Part shown: one piece after another, positions 17,898 through 27,042 of the stretch
Layout of the letters: each line of letters starts with the position of its first letter
How positions within the stretch are numbered: the stretch's first letter is position 1
Made by a program: the position numbers and the translations under genes
From: a candidate division NC10 bacterium CSP1-5
GTDB lineage: Bacteria; Methylomirabilota; Methylomirabilia; Methylomirabilales; CSP1-5
Direction of reading: 5' to 3'
NCBI GenBank assembly: GCA_001443495.1
Contig: LDXR01000002.1
Location: 324,956-388,955 of the forward strand
DNA length: 64,000 nucleotides
The notes under the pieces: generated by a model
Databases searched by the model: none
The model's input: only the letters and a program-made list of their open reading frames with translations
What the model was told of the DNA's origin: nothing

Positions 17898-19221
17898 GGG
17901 TGAGATACCCCCAGTCCAGGTCCTCCTCCTGGATGTACTTCTTGCCGAGCCTGAGCGCGATCTGTGCCTTCATCAGCTCGCGCCCGAGATAGAAGGCATG
18001 GGACACAGGATTCGGCCCCAACTCACCGGCGATCTGGTGGAACATGCGCTGGATGTCGGTGTCCTTGATGAATCGGTCCTTGTTGAAGAGGTAGATGCTC
18101 TTCCCGTCGATCATGATCCGGAAATTGGGGTCGGTGATGCGGCGCTGCAATGCACGGACCTCCTCTTCCGTCGGCCAGTCGACCTTGCGGTCCTTGATGG
18201 TGAGGAGGCTGTCGTCGATGTCCTTCGGGAGGACTCCCCGGCTCCGGGCATAGTGCATCAACCGCCGGGCCCGGTCCAGTTCGCGGACCGTGCCCCGCGT
18301 CCAGTGGGCGACCTCTGTCGTGAGCACGTAGCGGATGTCCAGTTCAGCCATGACCCCGACCATGAGGGCGTTGATCCCGGTGCTATCAGCATCGATGAGT
18401 TCGGTGAGGTTGCCCACGCCGATGAGCATTTCGGCCTTTGGGTACCGCTGGCGGACCTCATACAGCCGGTGGAGAAAGCGCGTGAAACCGAAGTTAAGCG
18501 GATCCAGGATCGGGTCCACCAGGTACCGGGTGATCCCCATCTGTTCGAGCGCGGCGATGTTCCGTTCGAGCGATTCAATCCCGGCGCCGAAGTCCGGGAT
18601 GACGACGGGGATACAGGACAGCTCCGGGGCCAGGTGGATATTCTGTCCGTTGAGACTCAGCAGAAAATCGACACCGGCCTTGTTCGCCTGGCGGATCTCC
18701 TCTTCGTTAAAGGTGTCGACGCTGACCGTGAATCCCTCCGTTTTGAGCCGCGCCACGATCTCTCCCACGTTGTCGGCCGTGCGGCCCGGCGTGCATCCGA
18801 TGTCGATGATATCGGCACCGCAGGTCTGGTAATACTTGGCCTTTTGCAGGATCGCCTCCCACGAGAGCAGGGGGGCATCATTGATCTCGGCGAGGATCTG
18901 GATGGTGTACTGACCATACCCCTCGCGCTTTCGCTCGACGCCAAAGTGATAGGGGATGTCGCGGAGATCCCGCGGGCCCTTCTCGACCCGCACCCCGAGG
19001 GCTTCGGTCAACAGGCCGGGCTCGGCCTGACACAGGCCGGGGATCATGATCAGATCGCAGGGGCCAGGTTTGAGGGAGCGGAGGATAAAAGGGTTGGTCA
19101 TCAGGGCCGCGACGCTGATCCGCAGGGTGGCCACCTCGTACGCGAAATCGGGGCGCATCGCCTCCAGGGTTTCCCGAAGCGCCCGGTCTGCCAGCTTTCC
19201 CGTCACGAAAAGGACCTTCAC
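17878..19221 (-). CDS. dihydropteroate synthase-like protein (H4MPT-pathway pterin:RFAP condensing enzyme type)
   Basis: 447 aa with a pterin-binding barrel motif GADIIDIGCTPG plus N- and C-terminal extra domains. Lies next to mptG and DUF447. Confidence 0.8.
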   Translation of the reverse strand: MKVLFVTGKLADRALRETLEAMRPDFAYEVATLRISVAALMTNPFILRSLKPGPCDLIMIPGLCQAEPGLLTEALGVRVEKGPRDLRDIPYHFGVERKREGYGQYTIQILAEINDAPLLSWEAILQKAKYYQTCGADIIDIGCTPGRTADNVGEIVARLKTEGFTVSVDTFNEEEIRQANKAGVDFLLSLNGQNIHLAPELSCIPVVIPDFGAGIESLERNIAALEQMGITRYLVDPILDPLNFGFTRFLHRLYEVRQRYPKAEMLIGVGNLTELIDADSTGINALMVGVMAELDIRYVLTTEVAHWTRGTVRELDRARRLMHYARSRGVLPKDIDDSLLTIKDRKVDWPTEEEVRALQRRITDPNFRIMIDGKSIYLFNKDRFIKDTDIQRMFHQIAGELGPNPVSHAFYLGRELMKAQIALRLGKKYIQEEDLDWGYLTHGLPGD

Positions 19222-19238
19222 TTTCGTGTCCTCGCCCC

Positions 19239-20000
19239 TTAGACGAACAGGCCTCCATGGACGTGGAGGACCGCCCCGGTGATATATCGGGCGTCGTCAG
19301 AGACCAAGAAGCTGACCGCGCCGGCCACGTCACCTGGCCGACCGAAGGCCCCCGCGGGGATCAACCGGGCCCAGCGGGCCCTTTCGGCCTCCGAATATTT
19401 AGCGTACTCTTCCGTTTCGATGAAGCCGGGACTCACCGCATTCACGCGGATCTTGAAGGGGGCCTCGGAGTGGGCAAGCCATCGCGTTAGCATCATGAGA
19501 CCGGCCTTCGCCACGTAATACGCGGGCGCCTCAAAAACCCCCATCTGGAGCGCCTCGGTGTTCAAGGCCCCGATGTTGATGATGCTGCCCCGCTGACGGG
19601 CCCGCATCGACGGCAGGGCGGCCCGGCTGCAGTAAAAGGCGCTCCCGAGGTTGCCCTCGAGTGTCTCCCGCCATTCGCGATCGCTGGTCTCCACGAGGGG
19701 CTTGACCAGAAAGGGCCCGACGTTATTCACGAGCACATCGAGACCCCCAAAGGTCTCCATCGTCCTCCCGATGAGGGTTTCCGCCCCCTCCGGTGTCGAG
19801 ACGTCGGCCTGCACGGCGATAGAGAACGGGGAGGCCGGCCGGATTTCCTCAAGGACCGATGCCGCCGCGCTCTCGTCCGTCCGGTAGTTCACCACGACGG
19901 TGTACCCGTCACGGACGAGCCGCAAGGCGATGGCCCGGCCGATGCCCCGACTACCACCGGTGACGACGGCCACCCTGTCTGTTGCCGATTTATGCACCAT
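19239..20000 (-). CDS. SDR family oxidoreductase
   Basis: ATG 20000; the ORF-track start 20084 is an extension. Motifs VTGGSRGIGRAIA and YYVAKAG (YxxxK). Confidence 0.85.
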   Translation of the reverse strand: MVHKSATDRVAVVTGGSRGIGRAIALRLVRDGYTVVVNYRTDESAAASVLEEIRPASPFSIAVQADVSTPEGAETLIGRTMETFGGLDVLVNNVGPFLVKPLVETSDREWRETLEGNLGSAFYCSRAALPSMRARQRGSIINIGALNTEALQMGVFEAPAYYVAKAGLMMLTRWLAHSEAPFKIRVNAVSPGFIETEEYAKYSEAERARWARLIPAGAFGRPGDVAGAVSFLVSDDARYITGAVLHVHGGLFV

Positions 20001-20112
20001 GGAAATTACACGGATTCTATGGGCTCCCCGGGACACTGTCAAGCAACGCACCCCCGCAGTGGCCGCTTTGACGCCTTCCGCCACGTCCGGAGGGAGATGG
20101 CTAGAAAACTGC

Positions 20113-20141
20113 TTGACCCGGGGGGCGGGCCACGGAAGAAT
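20113..20141 (+). promoter_or_regulatory. possible sigma70-like promoter TTGACC-N17-AAGAAT
   Basis: TTGACC at 20113-20118, a 17-nt spacer, then AAGAAT at 20136-20141, upstream of the VOC gene. Confidence 0.4.
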
Positions 20142-20225
20142 GTGACATTACAGTTAGTCAGGTTCTTTCTTGTCTAATCCTCCTTGTGCGAAACCACCGG
20201 CGCAACGTGTGTGTTTGGAGAGGGA

Positions 20226-20897
20226 ATGAGGGCAGGGGAAAACTTGGTACCGGCACGCACCGCTGTGGATCATTTGCTGCTGGGTACCGCTGATCTCGAG
20301 CGTGGAATCGCATGGGTTGAGCGCAGGACCGGAGTGAAAGCCGTCAGAGGCGGAAGCCACCCGGGCGTCGGCACGCAGAACGCGCTCATTTCGCTCGGCC
20401 GCAGGCAGTATCTTGAAATCATTGCGCCCGATCCGGCGCAGACGGTGTACACCTTTCCCATTGATGTGCGAACACTGACCGAGCCTCGATTGATGACATG
20501 GGCGGCTGTGACAGGCGACATCAATGCCCTGGCGAAGACCGCTCGCGAAGCCGGTCATCACATCCTCGGCCCTCGCGACGGTTCTCGCGCAAGACCTGAT
20601 GGAAAAGTGCTCAAGTGGAAGATCCTCGGAGTGCTGAACACATTGGGCCTACAGGGCGTGGAACCGATTCCATTCTTCATCGAATGGTCTACTGATTCGT
20701 TGCATCCATCGCAGGATTCGCCAACAGGGTGTGAGCTTCAGTCGTTTGAAATCGAACATCCGGATCCTGCACGCGTGATAGACGCGCTGAAAGGGCTGGG
20801 CATCGAAGCACAAGTAAAGCGGGCAAGACACGTCAAACTCAACGCGACGCTCAAAACGCCGAAAGGCGAGGTAGAATTGATTGAGGCGCTCGGCTGA
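20226..20897 (+). CDS. VOC (glyoxalase-like) family protein
   Basis: ATG 20226 with GGAGAGGGA upstream (the ORF-track TTG 20184 is less likely). Glyoxalase-like pattern DHLLLGTADLERGI...GSHPGVGTQNALISLG..QYLEIIAPDP. Third-position GC is visibly lower than in its neighbours. Confidence 0.7.
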   Translation: MRAGENLVPARTAVDHLLLGTADLERGIAWVERRTGVKAVRGGSHPGVGTQNALISLGRRQYLEIIAPDPAQTVYTFPIDVRTLTEPRLMTWAAVTGDINALAKTAREAGHHILGPRDGSRARPDGKVLKWKILGVLNTLGLQGVEPIPFFIEWSTDSLHPSQDSPTGCELQSFEIEHPDPARVIDALKGLGIEAQVKRARHVKLNATLKTPKGEVELIEALG

Positions 20898-20919
20898 TTT
20901 CAAGGCAGGGGCAAGCGAG

Positions 20920-21666
20920 ATGAAACTCTTGGTCAGTGTCGTGGATCCGCTTGAGGTGGAAGAGGCGGTCCTGGGCGGGGCAGCGATCATTGACATCAAG
21001 AATCCGCGCGAGGGGTCCCTCGGAGCGCAGCCACCCCGAAAGATCAGGGAGATCGTGGGGGCAATTCCTCCAGGGGTCGAGTCCAGTGCGGCCATCGGCG
21101 ATGTCCCCAACCTGCCTGGGACGGCGGCCCTCGCGGCAGCCGGAGCAGCCCAGTGTGGGGTTGACTATGTGAAGGTGGGGCTCCTTCACGTGACCGCGGA
21201 GGCCGATGTCGTGCGCCTTCTGACCGAAGTCCGCTTCGCGGTGCAGGCCTGTAGTCCAACGACCCGGGTGATCGCCTGCGCCTACGCCGACACGATACTC
21301 AGGGGAGGCTTTCCGCCTCTCGAGCTACCGGCAGTGGCGGTACTCGCTGGTGTAGATGGGTGTATGCTCGACACGGCCCACAAGGACGGGAGAAGCCTGC
21401 GGAAATGGCTCGGGACCGAGCAACTGCGGGACTTCGTCGCCGCCTGCCGGCAGGCCTCACTGCTGTGTGCACTCGCGGGATCGCTGCAGGCGACAGATTT
21501 TGAATGGGTGCGTGGGCTCAAGCCCGACGTCGTGGGAGTCCGGGGCGCCGCCTGTACGGGAGACCGGGTCACGGGCCGGATCTCTTCGCTTCGGGTCCGA
21601 CAGCTTCGGGAGGCCCTACTGGTCCCGAGTGTCGACCTCCGTCCCCATAGTCTGCCCAGAGCGTAG
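20920..21666 (+). CDS. mfnB: (5-formylfuran-3-yl)methyl phosphate synthase-like (MfnB/DUF556 family)
   Basis: True start is ATG 20920 (MKLLVSVVDPLEVEEAVLGGAAIIDIKNPREGSLGA), the characteristic DUF556/MfnB N-terminus. Confidence 0.8.
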   Translation: MKLLVSVVDPLEVEEAVLGGAAIIDIKNPREGSLGAQPPRKIREIVGAIPPGVESSAAIGDVPNLPGTAALAAAGAAQCGVDYVKVGLLHVTAEADVVRLLTEVRFAVQACSPTTRVIACAYADTILRGGFPPLELPAVAVLAGVDGCMLDTAHKDGRSLRKWLGTEQLRDFVAACRQASLLCALAGSLQATDFEWVRGLKPDVVGVRGAACTGDRVTGRISSLRVRQLREALLVPSVDLRPHSLPRA

Positions 21667-22314
21667 CAGGGTAACCAGTCGGTCGGGGTGCCGTCCGTTC
21701 AGGATCCAGCAGCAGCGGAGGCGTGCTGCCTCCCGGGCGAAGGCCGCATCCACACAGGCGTACCCCGCCAGGCGGGAGAGGCTGAGGCGGGGGATCAGCA
21801 CGGCATCCGGATCCTTGCGGGGGTCGGCGGTCAAGATGCCGTCCACGTCCTTCAGGAGGACAAGCAGCTCCGCACCAAAAGAGACAGCGAGGTGCGCCGC
21901 GATAGCGTCTGAGGTTACCTCCCAGGAGTGGGGCAGTGAGTCGGCCGCAAGTAAGAGCGTGGAGGGCAGCAGGATCGGGACCGCCCCATCCTGAAGCGCC
22001 TCTTCGATCTGTGCAGGGGTCCTGACCGTCCGGGTCGCCTGGCCAAGATCGGCAAGGAGGTAACCGTACTGGTCCATCGCCAGAATCGCCATCCAGTGAG
22101 CCGCCGTCTCCCCGAGGTGAAAAACTGCCGTCTCCGTTCGGACGGCGTCGGCGAACGCACCGCCCCCGGGCACCACCACGATACGGTGTTCGGCACGTAC
22201 TGCCTCGAGAGTCTTGAGCAGCGGGCGGAGGACCTCGGGCTTGCCCAAGCTCCCACCGATTTTGCAGACCAGGTCGATTTTCGAGTCCGCCTTCGCCCCC
22301 CGAGGCATCCTCAT
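21616..22314 (-). CDS. amino-acid/uridylate kinase family protein (MfnE-like)
   Basis: Shows KIGGSL and VVVPGGG motifs. ATG 22314 forms an ATGA overlap with the upstream stop; alternatives are 22329 and 22308. The 3' end overlaps mfnB by 51 nt. Confidence 0.72.
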   Translation of the reverse strand: MRMPRGAKADSKIDLVCKIGGSLGKPEVLRPLLKTLEAVRAEHRIVVVPGGGAFADAVRTETAVFHLGETAAHWMAILAMDQYGYLLADLGQATRTVRTPAQIEEALQDGAVPILLPSTLLLAADSLPHSWEVTSDAIAAHLAVSFGAELLVLLKDVDGILTADPRKDPDAVLIPRLSLSRLAGYACVDAAFAREAARLRCCWILNGRHPDRLVTLLRSGQTMGTEVDTRDQ

Positions 22315-23354
22315 CTCTCCGTGAGCCATTCCGCCAAGAGGTACGCAGCGCCGACGGGAGGCGTGTGATGGGATGCACCCCTGCCGAGCGAGACGGCGAT
22401 GTTCTCCACTGGCCAGCCGAGGGTGCGGGCACAGTCGCGCGCCAGAAAGCTCCCGAGACCGGTCGCGATAACCGGCAACGTACGCCGCCGGTGCCAGCGC
22501 ACGACCCGCCGCATGGCCTCCACGATCTGAGCACGTTGCGTTTCATGGACAAAGCGCGCCATGCCGATCACCTCGCGCTCGGAGAAATCCTTTGCATCAG
22601 CGCAGACCATCCTGACCAGCCGCCGGCGGGCGGCCGCCTGGCTCTTTCCTCGCCCATCAGGAGTGGAGCAGGAGTAGTCGTGGGGCTCGAGGCGGCCCAG
22701 GATGCGATAGACGTCTGCACTGATCGCGAAATATTCGCTCGCGACAGGACAGCGCGCATGTCCCAACGGGAGGACTGCCGTGATGGCGCTGACAGGGGTG
22801 CGGAGCACTCCAGTGTAGATCAGTTCTCCAGCGAGGAGCCGATCCGTGTCGCTCCTCCCGCGGGCAACAATCCGCCCTTCCAGAATCGGGATGATGTCTG
22901 TCGTGGTGCTCCCGATATCGACGAGGAGGCAGTTGGGGCGGGACCTGGCGAGGAGCATTGCCGTGGCCAGCCAGTTAGTGGCCGCCAGGGAGAGAGGATC
23001 CTTCAGCGGTCGGCGCAGGTCCAGGAAACCGCCGTCCACATCCAGGCCGTAAATCGGCAGATCGGGAAAGGCCTTCCGCACGCATCGGACGACGTACCGG
23101 ACCCCGTGCGTCTTCGTCGGGAAGACATCGGATAATTCAGCCGTCATGGTTACCGCCATCGCATCGGCCGGGCCGAGGGCTTTGGAGAGCGTGCGGAGGA
23201 CTGATGGGAGGCGTTCCTTCCCCTTCCAGATCTCGAAATACTGATCCGCCGTCTGGAGGGTTTTGATCCTCCGCTGATGATAAACCAATCGAGCCGCCTT
23301 CGTGCTGACGCCACCGATGTCCCAGCCGACCGTGACGCACGCGTTTCCTCTCAC
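22311..23354 (-). CDS. hydantoinase/oxoprolinase-like 'H4MPT-linked C1 transfer pathway' protein (MfnF-like)
   Basis: 347 aa with GWDIGGVSTK and VDIGSTTTDI motifs. GTG 23354 overlaps the upstream stop as GTGA. Confidence 0.7.
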   Translation of the reverse strand: MRGNACVTVGWDIGGVSTKAARLVYHQRRIKTLQTADQYFEIWKGKERLPSVLRTLSKALGPADAMAVTMTAELSDVFPTKTHGVRYVVRCVRKAFPDLPIYGLDVDGGFLDLRRPLKDPLSLAATNWLATAMLLARSRPNCLLVDIGSTTTDIIPILEGRIVARGRSDTDRLLAGELIYTGVLRTPVSAITAVLPLGHARCPVASEYFAISADVYRILGRLEPHDYSCSTPDGRGKSQAAARRRLVRMVCADAKDFSEREVIGMARFVHETQRAQIVEAMRRVVRWHRRRTLPVIATGLGSFLARDCARTLGWPVENIAVSLGRGASHHTPPVGAAYLLAEWLTER

Positions 23355-24388
23355 CCTCGCACCCTACCGGTCCCTCGTCCGCGGCCCACGAAGAACCGAA
23401 CGGGTCCCTTGGGTTCGGGCAGGCTCGGAAGTTCTCCCAAGACGCTCGTCACAATCGCCTCGGCGAGGTTCACAGAAAAGGCTCGCCGGAGCCCAATGTA
23501 GGACGTCGTCAGGCGCGGATTCACCTCGATGAACACCGGCCCGGATCGGCTGAGGACGAGATCGACGCCGAAGTACCCCTTGAGGCCCGGGAAGGCCTGT
23601 TGAAGATGGTGCGCCACTTCGAAGGCCGCGGACCGGCTCGGGTGGTCGATGCGTACCGTCCCGCCACGATAGCTGAAGCTGCTCCCGGCGCGGATGTACT
23701 GGGTGTTGAGCGTGAGGGGGAGGACGCGCGTCCCATCGGAGAGGCAGCAGAGGCTGGCGGGGGTTCCCGGGACGTATTCCTGGATGAGGAAACCCTCACG
23801 CCGTGTCGCCCGTTGCAGGCGTCGCAAGGCTGGAGGGATTTCCGCCGGACGTCGAATCAGGGAAATACCTTCGCACCCAGCCCCGTCCACCGGTTTCACC
23901 ACTGCGGGGTAGCCAAAGGCAGTTACCCGATGGGTCGGCTCGTCGTCGAGGCGAATCCTGCCGGTGCGCGGGGTTGGAAATCCGCAAAAGCGAAATCGGG
24001 CATCGGCCATGGCCTTGTCTCCCGCCGCCGCCACCGCTTTGCTGCTTGAGCCGAGAAGGTGTTTCCCCGCGCGCTCGACCTCGGAGGAGAGGCGCTCCAG
24101 GATCCCATCGGTTTCAGGCGCGATGAGGAGAACCGCCTCGGCCCAGGCGAGAGAGGCGGCGAAGATTTCATCGTAGCGGTGGCGATCGATGATGGTCACC
24201 GGGAGGTTGCTGGGGAGCCAGTTGCTGAGCCGGCTGTCGATGGTCGCACGAATCTCATGCTCTTTCGAGGCCTGGAAATCCTCAAGGATCGCACGGAGCA
24301 TCAGGAGCCCTTCACGGGCCATTCCTTTTGGCAGAGGTTTGCCGCTCAGGCCACCGCCGCTCACATATTCGTGGATGAAAATTCTCAT
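23351..24388 (-). CDS. ATP-grasp ligase (MfnD/tyramine-glutamate ligase-like)
   Basis: 345 aa with ATP-grasp pattern (YPAVVKPVDGAGCEGI...FLIQEYV.G...S......G...FIEVNPRLTTSY). Confidence 0.68.
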   Translation of the reverse strand: MRIFIHEYVSGGGLSGKPLPKGMAREGLLMLRAILEDFQASKEHEIRATIDSRLSNWLPSNLPVTIIDRHRYDEIFAASLAWAEAVLLIAPETDGILERLSSEVERAGKHLLGSSSKAVAAAGDKAMADARFRFCGFPTPRTGRIRLDDEPTHRVTAFGYPAVVKPVDGAGCEGISLIRRPAEIPPALRRLQRATRREGFLIQEYVPGTPASLCCLSDGTRVLPLTLNTQYIRAGSSFSYRGGTVRIDHPSRSAAFEVAHHLQQAFPGLKGYFGVDLVLSRSGPVFIEVNPRLTTSYIGLRRAFSVNLAEAIVTSVLGELPSLPEPKGPVRFFVGRGRGTGRVRG

Positions 24389-24411
24389 GGCCGTGCTAGA
24401 CTGCGGACGCG

Positions 24412-25185
24412 ATGCGGGTGATTCCGGTCATCGACATCCGGCAAGGAATTGCGGTGCACGCGCGGCGCGGCGACCGGGACAGGTATGGGCCGGTGCAGAG
24501 CTGCCTCGCGCCGAGCGCGGATCCGCTGGTCCTGCTCGAGCGGTTGCACGCAGCCCTCGGGTGCCAGGAGGTCTACGTGGCGGATCTGGATGCCCTTGAA
24601 GAGACCGGCGACAACCTGGTCCTGGTGGCAGCGCTGGTAAATCACGTGGGAGGGGTTCACCTGCTGGTCGACGCGGGGCTCCGTTCGGCAGCGGATGCGC
24701 GCCGTCTCCTCGACATCGGGGTGGGACGCGTCGTCTTGGCATCCGAGTCGAGCGGGGGACCCCACCAGATCGCCGAGATCGGACGTGCGGTCGGCTTCGA
24801 GCATGTAGTCTGTAGTCTTGACCTGCGACAGCGGTCGGTCGTGTGGGGAACTGCGGCGAGTTCCATCCAGAGCGTAGACGCTGTCCTCACGTCTCTCAGC
24901 GCCAGCGGGATCCGGTCCGTAATCATCCTGGAGATGGACCGGATCGGGGCAGAGACAGGGGTGGATAGCCATTTTTTGGCTCCCCTGATCCAGTGTCATC
25001 AGGGGATAGAGATCCTGGTCGGCGGCGGGGTGCGGGACATCCGGGACCTGCTCATCCTGCGTGACATCGGGGCGGCCGGCGCCCTGGTGGGGACCGCCCT
25101 CCATCGGGGAACGATCTCGAGAGAGGACCTGGCGGTCCTTGCGAGGGAGGCCTGCCACGGGCCAGCTCAGGCGGGATCCTGGTAG
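24412..25185 (+). CDS. HisA/HisF-family TIM-barrel protein (C1-island type)
   Basis: 257 aa with VIPVIDIRQGIAVHA, DLD and VGGGVR motifs. Only 23 nt separate it from the divergent ATP-grasp gene. Confidence 0.78.
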   Translation: MRVIPVIDIRQGIAVHARRGDRDRYGPVQSCLAPSADPLVLLERLHAALGCQEVYVADLDALEETGDNLVLVAALVNHVGGVHLLVDAGLRSAADARRLLDIGVGRVVLASESSGGPHQIAEIGRAVGFEHVVCSLDLRQRSVVWGTAASSIQSVDAVLTSLSASGIRSVIILEMDRIGAETGVDSHFLAPLIQCHQGIEILVGGGVRDIRDLLILRDIGAAGALVGTALHRGTISREDLAVLAREACHGPAQAGSW

Positions 25186-25667
25186 CGCTCTTCGTACACC
25201 GCTGCCTGGCCGAACGATTCTTCGACGCCTACGCGGATCACATCGATGTGCACGATCCGGAACCGACGGCTCAGCTCTTCCTTGAACTCCCTGCAGATAT
25301 ACTGGGCCAACAGCTCCGCGGAGGTGTTGTGGATCGGGAGGAGGACCACATCAGCGGCGGGAAAACGATAGCTGAGATCCCGGAATCGCACCTCAATCGA
25401 TCGCTCGACCTCGTCAATCTTCAGGTGGGGGTTGTCCTTGGGCAGCAACACCCGATGATCGAGACGATCGCAAATCGCTTTCATGATCGGCTTGACAGCG
25501 AGGAAGTCGAGCACGTAATCGTTCTCAGCAAGGGCCCCCTCCAGCTCGATCCACGCCCGGTAGTTGTGCCCGTGCACCCGCTCGCACCCTCCGTCATGGA
25601 AGAGCAGGAAGTGCGCTGCGCAGAAGACGAACGCGTCCTTTTCCACCCGGATGCTGAACTGCCCCAT
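25167..25667 (-). CDS. 6-pyruvoyl-tetrahydropterin synthase / 6-carboxytetrahydropterin synthase family protein
   Basis: 166 aa with zinc-site motifs CERVHGHNY and a FCAAHF N-terminus. Confidence 0.85.
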   Translation of the reverse strand: MGQFSIRVEKDAFVFCAAHFLLFHDGGCERVHGHNYRAWIELEGALAENDYVLDFLAVKPIMKAICDRLDHRVLLPKDNPHLKIDEVERSIEVRFRDLSYRFPAADVVLLPIHNTSAELLAQYICREFKEELSRRFRIVHIDVIRVGVEESFGQAAVYEERYQDPA

Positions 25668-25786
25668 GCGACTCTCCTCTTTCGTCTCTCTTGCTCAGGG
25701 CGGGCAAGGCTTGTGGGAACGATAACACATGCCTTCTGCCGCGGTCAAGACGCGGGGCAGGCGTATTCACGGGCCGGAGCCAGCGA

Positions 25787-26920
25787 ATGAGAATCCTCAT
25801 TACGGGCGTGAGTGCCAGGGCGCTGGCGGAGTCTGCCTGTCGGGCCGGATGGACCCAGCGCATCGTGACTGTCGACTATTTCGGGGACTGGGATCTCCAA
25901 CGCTCGTGCGAGAACTACTCTCTCCGACGCGATGCCCGTTGCCGGTATAGCGTACGCCGCCTCCTCGAGGCCTGTCGCCGATTCCAGTGGGACACGGTCG
26001 TCTATACTGCCAACCTCGAAAACTACCCGGACGCGGTGAGCCGTGTGGCGGCGGCGGGACACCTCTTGGGGAATTCTCCGACGACCCTGGCTGCAGGGCG
26101 GAATCCGCAACGGTTTCTGGATTGTCTGCAGCGCGCCGGCGTCCCCGTCCCTCGCATGCCCGCTTCGTCCGAGGACCGCGGCCTTGCTCCAGCAGTGCTG
26201 GAGAAACCCAGGCGGGGAGGAGGGGGGCAGGGGATCGCGGTGGTTTCATCGCGGGCGCGCCGGCGGCGGGGCACCTATCTTCAGGAGTACGTCCCGGGTC
26301 TCCCCTGTGGCGTTGCGTTCGTCGCAGATGGACGCCGGGCCACACTCCTCGGCGTGTCGCAGCAACTGATCGGTGATGCCGCCTTCGGGGCGAAAGGGTT
26401 CCAGTATTGCGGCAGCCTCCTCGGCAAGGACCTGCCCGGCCTCTTCGGCTTCGACCGCCTTCTCAGCCGGCTCGAAGAAATCGTCAACCACCTCACATTT
26501 ACTTTCCATCTCGTGGGTGTCAATGGGATGGACTTCATTCTCAATGAGGGCGAGATCTATCCCCTCGAAGTCAACCCGCGTTACACCGCCTCGATGGAAC
26601 TCATCGAGATGGCCTACGGACTCAATATCTTTTCGATCCACCTCGACGCCTGCCATGGGACCCTCCCGCCCTTTGATGTGCGAAACGCGCCAGACGCCTA
26701 CTGTGGTAAGGCAATTCTTTTTGCGGAACGGGCCGCCGTCGCGCTAGCGACTGAAGGCTGGTGGGAGCGGGGGATTCGCGATATCCCCTTTCCCGGCGAG
26801 CGAATCCGGGCCGGCAGCCCGATCTGTACCCTCCTGGTCAGCGGTTCCAGCCTGGAGGCCTGCTACGAGGCCCTTCGAGAGAAGGCGGACTCGATCCGTC
26901 AGGAACTGCAGTGCCTTTAA
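25787..26920 (+). CDS. ATP-grasp domain protein (OrfY-like, C1-island type)
   Basis: True start is ATG 25787 (MRILITGVSARALAES). Shows VLEKPRRGGGGQGI and YPLEVNPRYTASMEL motifs. The ORF-track 25691 start is an extension. Confidence 0.72.
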   Translation: MRILITGVSARALAESACRAGWTQRIVTVDYFGDWDLQRSCENYSLRRDARCRYSVRRLLEACRRFQWDTVVYTANLENYPDAVSRVAAAGHLLGNSPTTLAAGRNPQRFLDCLQRAGVPVPRMPASSEDRGLAPAVLEKPRRGGGGQGIAVVSSRARRRRGTYLQEYVPGLPCGVAFVADGRRATLLGVSQQLIGDAAFGAKGFQYCGSLLGKDLPGLFGFDRLLSRLEEIVNHLTFTFHLVGVNGMDFILNEGEIYPLEVNPRYTASMELIEMAYGLNIFSIHLDACHGTLPPFDVRNAPDAYCGKAILFAERAAVALATEGWWERGIRDIPFPGERIRAGSPICTLLVSGSSLEACYEALREKADSIRQELQCL

Positions 26921-26947
26921 CGCCCAGGACGGCCTGAAGAATGGCCC

Positions 26948-26976
26948 TTGACAGCGCCTTCGATCCTGCCTAGAAT
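26948..26976 (+). promoter_or_regulatory. sigma70-like promoter TTGACA-N17-TAGAAT
   Basis: TTGACA at 26948-26953, an exact 17-nt spacer, then TAGAAT at 26971-26976, about 65 nt upstream of ATG 27043. Confidence 0.65.
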
Positions 26977-27042
26977 CCTCGCCGATTCCCCCGACCTTCG
27001 TCTCAGTACGGGTCACTCAACCTCACACCGGAGGACCGAGCC

